Program-made: the position numbers and the translations under genes
IMG/VR virus record: IMGVR_UViG_3300035208_000248
DNA from: an uncultured virus (IMG/VR IMGVR_UViG_3300035208_000248)
Lineage: Duplodnaviria > Heunggongvirae > Uroviricota > Caudoviricetes
Strand: one strand, 5' to 3'
Length of the DNA: 20,000 nucleotides
Shown here: positions 1-10,167 of the stretch, piece after piece
How the letters are laid out: each line of letters opens with the position of its first letter
Position numbering within the stretch: the stretch's first letter is position 1
Notes under the pieces: model-generated
Seen by the model: the letters and a program-made list of their open reading frames with translations, nothing else
Told to the model about the DNA's origin: nothing
Databases searched by the model: none

Positions 1-649
1 TACCAACAATATCAACTGTAGAAGGATTTAAAAATACATATTTAAAAGGAATTTCTTTAGAAACCACCTTTTTAATATCAACCGTCATATCTGGTTGTGC
101 AATTGAACGATATAAAGAATCTTGTATTTTAGTAGTAATTTTCGCAGTGTGTTTACGTACTACAACATTTGCCAATCTACATAAATTATTACAAAATCTT
201 TCTGATCTATCCATACCTTTAACTTTAACAAACCAGTTCTGGAAAAATTTTTCAATTCTTTTGTTTGGATGTACAATACGAATTCCTTGACAGGCAAAAT
301 CACCCATTAAATCAATAACATTACGAATAATACCAACTTTCTGATATGCTTCATCACAACGTAATAAAATAGCTTTAGTATTGTTAATATTTGGTGGAGC
401 TTCACCGGTTCTAAACTTATAATAATCAGATTTCATTAAACCTGGACGACTAGATGTACGAGTGTCCAAATCGGAAAAATTCTGATAATTTAAAGATGCT
501 TGACCTTTGTGTGTAATAACCTGAAATTCCTCTACAGCCTTATTAAACTGTTGTAATGCACTAGCTTGTGCGGCAGCATTACCACCAATACTCACATATG
601 CAATCTCATCATGTAATTTAGTTTCACTACGAGGATATGTTTGAGTCAT
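1..649 (-). CDS. Probable phage portal protein, N-terminal part (runs off the window)
   Basis: Own translation from ATG at 649: MTQTYPRSETK...AYQKVGIIRNVIDLMGDFACQGIRIVHPNKRIEKFFQNWF...EIPFKYVFLNPSTVDIVG, open to base 1. Directly downstream of terL on the same strand. Absent from the ORF track because it is truncated. Confidence 0.75.
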   Translation of the reverse strand, partial: MTQTYPRSETKLHDEIAYVSIGGNAAAQASALQQFNKAVEEFQVITHKGQASLNYQNFSDLDTRTSSRPGLMKSDYYKFRTGEAPPNINNTKAILLRCDEAYQKVGIIRNVIDLMGDFACQGIRIVHPNKRIEKFFQNWFVKVKGMDRSERFCNNLCRLANVVVRKHTAKITTKIQDSLYRSIAQPDMTVDIKKVVSKEIPFKYVFLNPSTVDIVG

Positions 650-741
650 ACTTACACTTTATTGGTTGTTTACATTTAAAAAATAGTTAAACACAAAGTA
701 ATACTATTGTAATGTATATCAATATATGATACACCAAAATA

Positions 742-3700
742 CTAATTTACCTTCAAAAGTCCCTCCATTCCTTGAACAAACCAATCTGGACCCTGATAAG
801 GATGACCAACATCTTTCATTGTGGTAGTAACAGCATAATTATGGGCAAAATCACCAATCATATTATATTCTGGTGGAGGATCAGCACGTTTATACTGTCT
901 AGAAATCATATTAGCCATCACCAAGGCACTATAACGATCTTTGAGTAATTTACCCTTTTTACCATTTGGTAACTTAACTTCTGGTGTGTCCCACCTATCT
1001 CTCGCCCCAACACCTGTTCCTGTCTGTGTCATTACAATAGTAGATAATTCATTTTTTAATTCTTCAATTTCCATAACACAATCTTCTAAAGTGTCATATA
1101 AATTATATGTAAGATTTGGATGTTCTTTTTCAATAGCGGTTTTACGCAAACCATCTTGGTTGTTTGCTAATTCTAAGGTAACAGAATCAAAACGTGGAAA
1201 AATGACTATTTGAGTTTCTAAATCTTTACGCAATCCATGATTAGCCTCTGCTGTCCAATCTGCCCTAACAAATTGACAAATATGTAAAATATGTAAACCA
1301 GACTTAATATCAGTATCTTTTTCTTTATCTTCAATCACAGGCCAAATAGGCAATTCGCCATCTTCCATTTTATCAGAATCATGTAATCCTTCTTCGATAG
1401 CAATTCCACCACCCTGTCCGTCAATAGCTATGGCTACAACATTAAAAGCTTTCATTAAACTACGAATTTTTCGCACACAAAAACCATAAAAATCATCCTT
1501 ATCAGCTAAGCCGCTTTTTAGTCTACGTTTAAAATCTTCACGATTAGTAGACCAACAATAGACAATTCTTACATGATCATCATGAATTTCTAAAACAACA
1601 ATACTAAAATTATCTGACTCTGAAGCTGTGTCAACACCTATAACATACGAATATCCTGGACGCCCATGTAAACATACGTCAAACCATATATCACCAGACG
1701 GTAAAGATATTGGATTTTCAGGTGTGCCCACACACTTTTCTATTAGACTACGTTTAAAAAATCCTTCAGAATCTTCAGCGAACACCGCCGAATATTCCAA
1801 AAGGAAGATACCAGAATGCATAGTGGCCTTAGCTCTAATAATTTGTTTATCATCCATAAAACCTTCTGGTATAAGTTCATATGGAATTCTAATAATAGAA
1901 TAATCTCTATAATCAAAACTATCTGGTATAGTATCCATACCAAGAACTTCTTTTAATATATTAGGATCGCCACCACTATTAATAATATTATGATATCTTT
2001 TCCAATATTTAGCAAAATTTTTAAAAGCATAATCCGCCGTACCAGAAATAATTGCTTGATTACGTCGTTTTGTACTATATTTTAATTCTTGATCTGTCGT
2101 CCATACGCCAAGTTTAGCTAATTCCATACGTCTTGATGCTTCTTTAACATTTTGTATAGGATCAGCAGACACAGCGGCAAAACCAGCTACAACTGTCTCG
2201 TAAATATCTGGACTGATGGAGCCAAATTCGTCTGCGCATATGATATGGGCACGTAAACCTCTTATTTTTGTATTATGACTAAAAAAACCATTGGCACAAT
2301 ATTGATGTGTAATAGGCACATGTAGATCATATGTTTTTTGAGGTTTTTCATCACTAATACTAGTAACAACATCATAATAAATATTTGTATTATATAAATT
2401 TTTAATAATATCAATATTAGGATGATTAATATTATTATATTTTTTTAAAAATCTTTGTGTAAAATCAAAGTTAATTTCTTTTCTTGCGACAATTTTACTA
2501 TAACCCATACCATAATCGGTTGGTTGTTTATATTTTTTAGCAATTTCCAACATTAAAGGTTTAATATATGGAATTATATTATCAACTTCTGTTGTACGAA
2601 TTTTACTGTTAATAGCATTTAATAAAATGTTTTGTTTACGTTTTAGTCTAAAACCAATCTTTTTACCAAACAAAACAGTATTTTGACCAGAAATTAATAA
2701 TTCATAAACACGATAATGTTTTGGATTTCTATGTCTAGATGTAATAGTAGACACAATACCATAATGTAATAAAATATATTGGATTTGTTTGACTAATGTT
2801 TGACTAATACCACAAAAACTAACACTAATAGCAGTACCACCCTTGGCCGTAGAAACTTGTAGTGTACCGTCCGAATCAAAAAGTCCACATAAACAAGCTG
2901 TCATTTGTTTACGACCAGCAGATAATATGGTAGATGGTAAAACTTTGTTAAGAGTATAACACGTTTGCATTTGCCAAAAATCTAACCATTTGTGTCTATT
3001 CTTAATACTGTGTTCATAATAATGTAAATCATCATTACAATATTTAAATTTAAAATCAGTACCTTTACGTACACTATGAATTAATTCATGATCTTTTGTA
3101 ATAAATTCAAGTTTATATTTATTAGTCCAACACCCATCACCAATCATTAAACCAAGAGCATATGCTTGATCTTCAGTACATTTGAACTTACCGTGGTGCC
3201 ATCTTATACTTTTATCAATTAATACATAATCTCCTATACTAATATCTTCTAATTTTTTCCAAATCACTTTATAATTTTTATCTAATACTTGAATTTTATG
3301 ATTATATGTACCATTAAATTCTAAACCTTTTTTAGTTACAATTTTTTTAATAGGTTTAATATTATTATAATAATATTCATCAGACCTTACGAAACAATTA
3401 CCGTCCCATATTTGTTGTTGACACATTAAACTGTTATCACCACATTGATTAATATAACCAAACCTATTATTATAAGTTATAAAAGTTTCACCAACCACAC
3501 AACCATCGCCCATCGGGATCGCAACAGCCCAACTATCATTAATTTTCATAGTACAACGATCTACATCTCTACGTGGCCCACTATTATTATCACAAATATC
3601 TCTTAATATTGGTGCGTTGTGCCAAATACTTTCCATATATTCAAAAATTACTTTTGCTTGTCTAAAACCGGCACCAACAATTACAATTTTAGTACCAGGA

Positions 3701-5115
3701 TAAAGTACACATTGTAATGTAGCATATAATGCTAACATAAATGAATTATGAGTCACAATATAATCTTTAGTTATATATGTACCATCAGGATTATCAACTG
3801 TTATACATTGCATTTCCACATATTTATCTAAATATTCTGCCTTAACTATAGATACAAAGTTTTCGGCATTAGTTGGTTTAGTTTTAATACGAGATAATTT
3901 TCTAGGTAATTTAGCAATTGGTTTAGAAGTATTAATATATACTCTAAAATAAGGTTTTCTAACACATAATGTACCTTGTGGTAAAGTCATAATTTGACCA
4001 ACCCTATTATCAATCTTTTTCATACATGTAATACCTAAACTTCTAAGTATATCTATTAAATCATCAACTAATTTTTCACATACACTAGTAAATTCAATAG
4101 CACCATCAGTATTAATAGAACCGTCAGTATCTATTAATCCTCTAACTAATTCCATTCTATCTTCAATAGAAGAGTTTTTATATATTGTAGGTATAAATTT
4201 ATGATAACAATCAACATTAATTTGTAATGCTTTTAATTTCGTAGTTAATCTATTATTGGTCTTTGAACTATATAAATTACCTAATTTACTTAATTTGACA
4301 GTTGCATCTTTATTACCATCTACAATAGTGTAGTTATTATTCGACGTATCTTTTGTAATAATAAAATCTGGTAATTTTTCTCTAAATTGATTAATAATAA
4401 ATTCATCATTAGAAGAAATTTTAGGTGTTAAGGTTGTTAAACATCCATCTCCCAATAAACATCCCATTAAATATGGATCAATAAGTAGGTCTTGTTTTGG
4501 TAATTGTATAGGTTGACAATTTGGAACCCTATATTTATATACTCTATTTTTAACATATTTATATTTTGATATAATTTTTTTAGTATCAACAACAAGTTCT
4601 TTACCGTCGTTTCTTTTTACGACCCACAAATGATCCTCACAACAATCAAGTGTTCTACCATCTAATAGAGTTATTCTACATACACGTTTTTTGCCTTGTG
4701 GATGTACTCCTATAATCTTATGTAGTTGACCATCTCTACCATATACACGATTACCAATACATATATTTTTCATTTTAACCCAACCATTATCTGTCAAAAT
4801 TGGTTCATTAATATCTGTCGCTTTCCCGAAACCCCTAGAAGCCACATACATAGGAAATGTTCTATTCCACAATTCTTGTAAAATTACACATTGTATAGGT
4901 AACAGTTGAATATTTAATAAGGTCTTAGCAGTATAAGCAATATAATCAGCATTATGCTTCATCAACGAAATAATATGTTTTTCAAGATTTTCGATCTCCG
5001 CCTGTGTTCTATGAATAAGCGGATTTTTATATACTAGTTTAGAAGTATCACCAAGACCAAGCCACGCATTATTAACAAATTCTAAAGAAGAATCTTTATT
5101 TATTATATTGCTCAT
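742..5115 (-). CDS. terL: Terminase large subunit precursor with two inteins (1457 aa precursor, ~688 aa after splicing)
   Basis: Walker A ASRGFGK/S (split by intein), IRGLRAHIICADEF Walker B, ISGTA coupling motif, C-terminal RNase H-like nuclease (YVIGVDTA...IAIDGQGGG...KDRYSAL). Adjacent to the portal gene. Confidence 0.93.
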   Translation of the reverse strand: MSNIINKDSSLEFVNNAWLGLGDTSKLVYKNPLIHRTQAEIENLEKHIISLMKHNADYIAYTAKTLLNIQLLPIQCVILQELWNRTFPMYVASRGFGKATDINEPILTDNGWVKMKNICIGNRVYGRDGQLHKIIGVHPQGKKRVCRITLLDGRTLDCCEDHLWVVKRNDGKELVVDTKKIISKYKYVKNRVYKYRVPNCQPIQLPKQDLLIDPYLMGCLLGDGCLTTLTPKISSNDEFIINQFREKLPDFIITKDTSNNNYTIVDGNKDATVKLSKLGNLYSSKTNNRLTTKLKALQINVDCYHKFIPTIYKNSSIEDRMELVRGLIDTDGSINTDGAIEFTSVCEKLVDDLIDILRSLGITCMKKIDNRVGQIMTLPQGTLCVRKPYFRVYINTSKPIAKLPRKLSRIKTKPTNAENFVSIVKAEYLDKYVEMQCITVDNPDGTYITKDYIVTHNSFMLALYATLQCVLYPGTKIVIVGAGFRQAKVIFEYMESIWHNAPILRDICDNNSGPRRDVDRCTMKINDSWAVAIPMGDGCVVGETFITYNNRFGYINQCGDNSLMCQQQIWDGNCFVRSDEYYYNNIKPIKKIVTKKGLEFNGTYNHKIQVLDKNYKVIWKKLEDISIGDYVLIDKSIRWHHGKFKCTEDQAYALGLMIGDGCWTNKYKLEFITKDHELIHSVRKGTDFKFKYCNDDLHYYEHSIKNRHKWLDFWQMQTCYTLNKVLPSTILSAGRKQMTACLCGLFDSDGTLQVSTAKGGTAISVSFCGISQTLVKQIQYILLHYGIVSTITSRHRNPKHYRVYELLISGQNTVLFGKKIGFRLKRKQNILLNAINSKIRTTEVDNIIPYIKPLMLEIAKKYKQPTDYGMGYSKIVARKEINFDFTQRFLKKYNNINHPNIDIIKNLYNTNIYYDVVTSISDEKPQKTYDLHVPITHQYCANGFFSHNTKIRGLRAHIICADEFGSISPDIYETVVAGFAAVSADPIQNVKEASRRMELAKLGVWTTDQELKYSTKRRNQAIISGTADYAFKNFAKYWKRYHNIINSGGDPNILKEVLGMDTIPDSFDYRDYSIIRIPYELIPEGFMDDKQIIRAKATMHSGIFLLEYSAVFAEDSEGFFKRSLIEKCVGTPENPISLPSGDIWFDVCLHGRPGYSYVIGVDTASESDNFSIVVLEIHDDHVRIVYCWSTNREDFKRRLKSGLADKDDFYGFCVRKIRSLMKAFNVVAIAIDGQGGGIAIEEGLHDSDKMEDGELPIWPVIEDKEKDTDIKSGLHILHICQFVRADWTAEANHGLRKDLETQIVIFPRFDSVTLELANNQDGLRKTAIEKEHPNLTYNLYDTLEDCVMEIEELKNELSTIVMTQTGTGVGARDRWDTPEVKLPNGKKGKLLKDRYSALVMANMISRQYKRADPPPEYNMIGDFAHNYAVTTTMKDVGHPYQGPDWFVQGMEGLLKVN
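2272..3501 (-). mobile_element. Intein 2 (410 aa, residues 539-948), standard Cys-start, with LAGLIDADG homing endonuclease
   Basis: PMGDG|CVVGETFI...GTYNHKI...TYDLHV...NGFFSHN|TKIRG. LAGLIDADG blocks LGLMIGDG and LCGLFDSDG. Removing it gives PMGDGTKIRGLRAHIICADEF. Confidence 0.92.
3745..4821 (-). mobile_element. Intein 1 (359 aa, residues 99-457), Ala-start class 3 type, with LAGLIDADG homing endonuclease
   Basis: GFGK|ATDINEPILTDNGW...DCCEDHLW...MQCITV...IVTHN|S. LAGLIDADG blocks LMGCLLGDG and LVRGLIDTDG. Removing it restores the P-loop GFGKS. Confidence 0.92.
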
Positions 5116-5563
5116 ATATTCTTTTCATTAAATTAACAGCCACTATTTCAGCATATGTTCTATTATCACATGGAATTACATGAATATCATATTTAATAGC
5201 TATTTCAGACAACTTTTTTAAAATATAAGAACCAGTAATTTTAATTTTGCTCTGTAAATATTTAGGCACAGAACTACCTATAGGATAAGTATCAATATTA
5301 TAATATCCAAATTCTAATATTAAAAATTTATGTCTAAATTCATACATTCTCTCTAATTCACGTTCAAATCGAGCTTCTGTAATATTTTTAGCCAGTTCGG
5401 CCACACTCTTTTTTCTTTCTATACATAATGTTTCTTCAAAACCAGCAATTGTATAATCACCAGTATCTAAATTATGATGAATAATATTATCAATAATATC
5501 TCCATTAATATTTTCAAATGTCCACGGTTGTTGTTCTTTAGTATCTACAATAATATCAAACAT
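5096..5563 (-). CDS. ERCC4/XPF-domain nuclease
   Basis: IIVDTKE...LDTGDY...CIERKK...RFERELERM matches the ERCC4 VDxRE/GDY/ERK signature. Overlaps the terL start. Confidence 0.85.
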   Translation of the reverse strand: MFDIIVDTKEQQPWTFENINGDIIDNIIHHNLDTGDYTIAGFEETLCIERKKSVAELAKNITEARFERELERMYEFRHKFLILEFGYYNIDTYPIGSSVPKYLQSKIKITGSYILKKLSEIAIKYDIHVIPCDNRTYAEIVAVNLMKRIYEQYNK

Positions 5564-5867
5564 GATGATTTAATTTGCCCTGTAATATTTTTAAAAATAA
5601 TAAAATATAATCATCTTCATGACCAGCTATCATTTTATGGTGTTTATAACAAAGTGTGACTCCGTTATTAATATCATATCTTAAAGATGGATAATTAGCC
5701 CACTTATGAATATGATGAGCATTTAATCTACCTTTATATTTACATCCGGGCCACTGACATGTATGATTATCTCTTAAATATACCTTTTTTCTCCAATCCT
5801 TATATTTTTGATCATTATAATTTCTTTTACTGATTTTTTTCGGATAAATTAGCTTCTTGTAAATCAT
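5556..5867 (-). CDS. Small HNH endonuclease
   Basis: WRKKVYLRDNHTCQWPGC...LNAHHI...NNGVTLCYKHH is an HNH pattern typical of terminase-associated HNH proteins. Confidence 0.85.
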   Translation of the reverse strand: MIYKKLIYPKKISKRNYNDQKYKDWRKKVYLRDNHTCQWPGCKYKGRLNAHHIHKWANYPSLRYDINNGVTLCYKHHKMIAGHEDDYILLFLKILQGKLNHHV

Positions 5868-6888
5868 GTAGTACCATTTTTCTTACCAAAGTTTGAAAAT
5901 TGACAGTTGATTTCCATCCTAAAATATTATTCGCCTTAGTACAACGTCCACATAAAAATGGAACTTCATATGGACGATATAATGTTGGATCAATTTCCAC
6001 ATAATCTTGCCAATTTTGTCCAATATATCCAAAAGCCTCTTCTAAAAAATCTCTAATAGAATGACCAACGCCGGTACAAATAACATAATCATCTGGTTGT
6101 GTGTGTTGTAAGATTTTCATAAACACTTCACAATAATCATCACTATCTCCAAAATCTCGAACACTGTCTATATTACCAAGTTTAAGTTTTGGATAACTTA
6201 ATTTTAACAATGCTTTCACTTGCATAGGTTCTTGTACTTGCCCACTAATAGTATAACCCAATCCTTTATTGGCACTTGCTATCCATTTGGTTATTTTTCT
6301 AGTTACAAAATTTTCTCCACGCCTAATCCCTTCATGATTAAATGTAATAGCTGTTGCACAAAATAAATTATAAGATTTTCTATAAATACGCACTAAGTTG
6401 TGTGCGGCAACCTTAGCTACTGCGTATGGAGAATTTGGAGATAATGCAGTTTGTTCATCCTGGTACTTAGTACCATCATTATCTGTAGTATAATTATCAC
6501 CAAACATTTCACTACTTGAACATTGTAATAATTTTGTATATGGTGAATAATTTTTAATAGCTTCTAATAAATACAACACACCTTTAGCTACAACATCAAA
6601 CGTATAACTTGGTTGTTCAAAAGATGTGGCAACATGCGATTGCGAAGATGTGTTCACACAATAAATAGGTTTATATTTTGACATAATATTATTAACAGAA
6701 CCAGAATCAGTAATATCACCCTCCACTAAATTAAAATTAGGATGATTCATAATAGGTATTAAATTAACTATATTATTAGTACTAGTTCTACGTTTTACAC
6801 CTATAACATTATAATCATGTGCATATAATTCACACAACTTTGATCCGTCCATTCCTGTAGCACCCCAAATCACTACGTTGTTTTCCAT
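5827..6888 (-). CDS. gmd: GDP-mannose 4,6-dehydratase
   Basis: GATGMDGS Rossmann loop, QSHVATSFEQP, SSSEMFG, SPYAVAK (YxxxK), FNHEGIRRGENFVTRKIT, LGNIDSVRDFG, PDDYVICTG, RPYEV. Confidence 0.92.
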   Translation of the reverse strand: MENNVVIWGATGMDGSKLCELYAHDYNVIGVKRRTSTNNIVNLIPIMNHPNFNLVEGDITDSGSVNNIMSKYKPIYCVNTSSQSHVATSFEQPSYTFDVVAKGVLYLLEAIKNYSPYTKLLQCSSSEMFGDNYTTDNDGTKYQDEQTALSPNSPYAVAKVAAHNLVRIYRKSYNLFCATAITFNHEGIRRGENFVTRKITKWIASANKGLGYTISGQVQEPMQVKALLKLSYPKLKLGNIDSVRDFGDSDDYCEVFMKILQHTQPDDYVICTGVGHSIRDFLEEAFGYIGQNWQDYVEIDPTLYRPYEVPFLCGRCTKANNILGWKSTVNFQTLVRKMVLHDLQEANLSEKNQ

Positions 6889-6899
6889 AAAACTTTCCT

Positions 6900-7364
6900 T
6901 TAATTTTTAATAGGTTGATTAGGTTTTAGTTTAAAAATTCCTCTTCGACTATTATAATCTAATATATCTTTATTTTCTACTACTGTATTTTGTAAACTCG
7001 CCACATTCCTTTTGGTATAATTAACAGAGGTTTTCTCTAATGATGTAACAACCTGTGGTATCATAGTAGTACTATTAATTTCCATAGTGGGGTCTGGTTC
7101 AGGTGTGATTTCAACCTTATTAATTAAACCCTTTAAAAAGTTTTTGGTTTTATCTGTATCTACAATTGTTTCTGTTGATGAAATAGTATCTATACTTTCT
7201 TGTGATTCAACAGTTTGTTTTTGTGATTCTAATACTGGTTCAGGTTCAGTCGATATAAATTTAGGTGTTTCCTTTTCTTTTTTAGTAGGTTTTTGCTCTA
7301 AGAATAATTCTAGATCGCTTTTCACATAATCACTTTTCACATAATCACTTTTATTTTTACCCAT
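6900..7364 (-). CDS. Hypothetical protein (low-complexity, T/E/K-rich)
   Basis: ORF track; GGAG-type RBS upstream on the minus strand; in the operon; N-terminal KSDYV tandem from a 15-bp repeat. Confidence 0.75.
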   Translation of the reverse strand: MGKNKSDYVKSDYVKSDLELFLEQKPTKKEKETPKFISTEPEPVLESQKQTVESQESIDTISSTETIVDTDKTKNFLKGLINKVEITPEPDPTMEINSTTMIPQVVTSLEKTSVNYTKRNVASLQNTVVENKDILDYNSRRGIFKLKPNQPIKN

Positions 7365-7384
7365 TAAAATTCTTCTCCTATAAA

Positions 7385-8209
7385 TTATGAATTTAATTTA
7401 GCAGTTTCACTATTAAATAATGGTTGATCAACCTTTCCGTCTAAATATGTATGATTTTCACTAAGTTTTTTTCTAGCTGCTTCAGATGCCAGTTTCATAA
7501 GAGCCATTTCATCACCTTCTCGCTCTCTAAGTTTTTCATCTTCTAATGCACGAATATAAGTAGACCAACTTAATTTTGCATCTTTAATATTTTTAATACG
7601 TTGATCTCTAGTAGCCTTTAAGTCCTTACCAATATTTTGCCGTTTTTCTAACAACTTAGCATATTCAGCGGCATATGCCGGTAATTGTGTACGTGCAAAA
7701 CTTAACTGTGCTTCTAAACTATTAACTAATCCCATATCTCTAATATTAATATCTTTAGCATATTCTACATCTAATAGTTTTTGAATACGCTCGACATCTT
7801 GTGTAGCACGTTGTCTCTCAGATAAATTTCTATTAATTAAAATTTCAATAGTAATATATTGTTTAATTTCAAGTTCTTCAGCATATAATACATCCTCACG
7901 AAATTGCATTATTAACTGAATCCACACAGCCTCAAAATATTCAATTTCACTAGTAGTAAATTGTTTTTGAATTTCTGTCCAATATTCTTTAGTATGTAAT
8001 TTTGCTCTTAATTTAGTAGAATCTTCTTCCACTTTAGACATTTCAGATAAAATTAAATTATTTTCATAGATATATCTTTCAACAGGGGCCACTGTTCTAT
8101 TTAAAACATGGGCGATTTCCGCTATACTTAATGTATTAACATTTGCCCTAATATAAGCTTTATCGCCCTTATTCAGTGATCCGCGTTTCTTCTGTATGAT
8201 TGTATCCAT
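7385..8209 (-). CDS. HTH plus coiled-coil protein, possible terminase small subunit
   Basis: N-terminal HTH-like DKAYIRANVNTLSIAEIAHVLNRTVAPVERYI followed by a long helical region. Lies upstream of terL in the same operon. The TerS function is an inference. Confidence 0.5.
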   Translation of the reverse strand: MDTIIQKKRGSLNKGDKAYIRANVNTLSIAEIAHVLNRTVAPVERYIYENNLILSEMSKVEEDSTKLRAKLHTKEYWTEIQKQFTTSEIEYFEAVWIQLIMQFREDVLYAEELEIKQYITIEILINRNLSERQRATQDVERIQKLLDVEYAKDINIRDMGLVNSLEAQLSFARTQLPAYAAEYAKLLEKRQNIGKDLKATRDQRIKNIKDAKLSWSTYIRALEDEKLREREGDEMALMKLASEAARKKLSENHTYLDGKVDQPLFNSETAKLNS

Positions 8210-8825
8210 TAGATAGCAAAATCTCCCTTAAAATTGTTTGTATTTTATTTTTTTGTGACTTATTTAACTTGGTGCCAAACTGTAACTTTTTGAACAGGGG
8301 CCGCAGAGCAATAGGTAGGTTTTTATTAATAATAGTTAATATTTCTTTATAGTCTAAATAGTTATCTAAATCTTCCACAGAACTCATAGTTTTTTCATGT
8401 TCGTCGTTTATACCAGTAATATCAATAAAATTCATAATATTTTTCTTTTGTGTATTTAATTTAACCCACTTGGCATATGTTTTACACTCAGTAATATCAT
8501 TATGTTTAATACAATCATTATCACTATCTACTATATAATATTTACAATCTAAACATGGTTTACTGGGCCGTGCATATTTATCTCTTTTGAAATTAAATAA
8601 TCTATTTCGCACATGTGTCCACAGAAAATTCTCCAATGGGCGAACTCCATCATAATTTTTTAATCCTTCTAAAGCAAATAATCGTGCTTGTTGTTTCATA
8701 TCACTTAAATCATGATATCCAAATTTAAAACGACTAGCCAATCTATTAGCTATATTATTAATAATATCTATAGTTTCGCCGTCTAAATCGACCAGAGATG
8801 ATAAATTGTTCTTACTCTTTTTCAT
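8169..8825 (-). CDS. Phage-encoded sigma-70-family (region 2-like) factor
   Basis: DMKQQARLFALEGLKNYDGVRPLENFLWTHVRNRLFNFKRD resembles sigma region 2; Cys-rich insert CLDC...C...C; region-4-like C-terminus. Start at 8825 (MKKSK) or 8840. Confidence 0.75.
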   Translation of the reverse strand: MKKSKNNLSSLVDLDGETIDIINNIANRLASRFKFGYHDLSDMKQQARLFALEGLKNYDGVRPLENFLWTHVRNRLFNFKRDKYARPSKPCLDCKYYIVDSDNDCIKHNDITECKTYAKWVKLNTQKKNIMNFIDITGINDEHEKTMSSVEDLDNYLDYKEILTIINKNLPIALRPLFKKLQFGTKLNKSQKNKIQTILREILLSNGYNHTEETRITE

Positions 8826-9003
8826 ATGAAAAATTACCACTGGTAGCAGTTTCTAATAAAGAAGCAAGCATATTAGGGTTGTTTGGGTCAGACACCCCTA
8901 GATCGTTTTGAATAGATTCTTCTAGTGATTCAGAAGCTTTTGTTACAAGATGTGTCTGGATATAGGTTTCAGAGTTTTGCACATTTTTATTTTGTAAATT
9001 CAT
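8812..9003 (-). CDS. Hypothetical protein, first gene of the minus-strand operon
   Basis: ORF track; AAGGA RBS upstream; overlaps the start of the sigma gene. Confidence 0.6.
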   Translation of the reverse strand: MNLQNKNVQNSETYIQTHLVTKASESLEESIQNDLGVSDPNNPNMLASLLETATSGNFSYEKE

Positions 9004-9148
9004 AAAATTTCCTTAAACGTAACATATACTTTTAGTCTATAATATTATAGGGAAAAAGTGTATCAAAAGTTTATAAGAAAATGAACTTTTAATAAAAATA
9101 TTTCTTTAAATAGTAAGATATTGTATAATTCAACAGAGGAGAAAAAAA

Positions 9149-9424
9149 ATGCACCGAATATGGACAGAACAAGAAAAAGAATATATTAGACAAAATGCTC
9201 ATTTATTTAAGGATGTGGAACTGTTAGATAAGCTGAGAATGTTAACCGGTAAAAAAATGGCTCTGCAATCATTAAGAAAACAACGACAAAAAATGGGAAT
9301 TTATAAGAAAAATGGGCGGGGACTGTGTGTGGCTTATAATAAAAAGACCTTACAAACTGTACCTATATCAAAAACTGTTTCAAATGTAGAAGTTGCTACA
9401 ACTGAAGGGGAATCTATTGTTTAA
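9149..9424 (+). CDS. Small HTH/Myb-like DNA-binding protein
   Basis: WTEQEKEYIRQN...LQSLRKQRQKMGI pattern; strong AGAGGAG RBS; divergent from the late operon. Confidence 0.65.
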   Translation: MHRIWTEQEKEYIRQNAHLFKDVELLDKLRMLTGKKMALQSLRKQRQKMGIYKKNGRGLCVAYNKKTLQTVPISKTVSNVEVATTEGESIV

Positions 9425-9447
9425 AAAATAAAAATAGGTAATTAATA

Positions 9448-10167
9448 ATGAATATTATATGTAAAGAATGTGGTATAGAATTTATTCAAGGATGTAAAGG
9501 TTCTGTTAATAATAAGTGTCCAAAGTGTCAAAAAAAATACAATTCTCAATATTATCAAAACCATAAACTACGTATACAAGAACAAGTCAAAGTATATCAA
9601 AAGAATAATAAAAAAGAAGTATTTTTGATGATTCACAAACAATTTTATGATAATAATATTGTGTGTTGTAGGCATTGTGGTAAAACAGATATAGATATAT
9701 TAACAATTGATCATATTAACGGTGGTGGTAAACAACATAGTGAAGTAATTGGTAGAGGGTCACATTTTTATCAATGGTTAAAAAAAGAAAAAACTATAGA
9801 GAATTATCAAATTTTGTGTATGAATTGTCAAAGAATTAAAGTTATAGAAAATAAAGAATGTTATATTAAAAACCCTACAGACGAAAGATTGAAATTAAGA
9901 CCAGTTGTTGCAAAATGTTATCAGAAACTAAAGATAATGGTTATAGCTCATTATTCTAATAATACTAATCAATGTAAAATATGTGGTTGTAATGATATAA
10001 GATGTTTGCAAATAGATCATGTGAATAATGATGGAGTTACACATAGAAAAATTCTTAAATCACATATGTTTCAACATTTAAAAACTCTAAATTTTCCAAA
10101 TAATCCACCATTACAAGTATTATGTGCTAATTGTAATTTAAAAAAGAAGATTGTTAATAGTAAGTAG
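9448..10167 (+). CDS. Protein with two tandem HNH-like (His-Me finger) domains, probable homing endonuclease
   Basis: CRHCG...LTIDHINGGG...YQILCMNC and CKICG...LQIDHVNNDG...LQVLCANCN, plus N-terminal CxxC...CxxC. Confidence 0.8.
   Translation: MNIICKECGIEFIQGCKGSVNNKCPKCQKKYNSQYYQNHKLRIQEQVKVYQKNNKKEVFLMIHKQFYDNNIVCCRHCGKTDIDILTIDHINGGGKQHSEVIGRGSHFYQWLKKEKTIENYQILCMNCQRIKVIENKECYIKNPTDERLKLRPVVAKCYQKLKIMVIAHYSNNTNQCKICGCNDIRCLQIDHVNNDGVTHRKILKSHMFQHLKTLNFPNNPPLQVLCANCNLKKKIVNSK

Noticed and set aside
941..7329. Short track ORFs 941..1213, 1628..1903, 1743..1943, 5474..5659 and 7087..7329
   Set aside because: They are antisense or out-of-frame shadows inside well-supported genes.
7318..7352. 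15-bp tandem repeat encoding KSDYV twice
   Set aside because: It is a simple in-frame slippage duplication in a low-complexity N-terminus with no sign of function.
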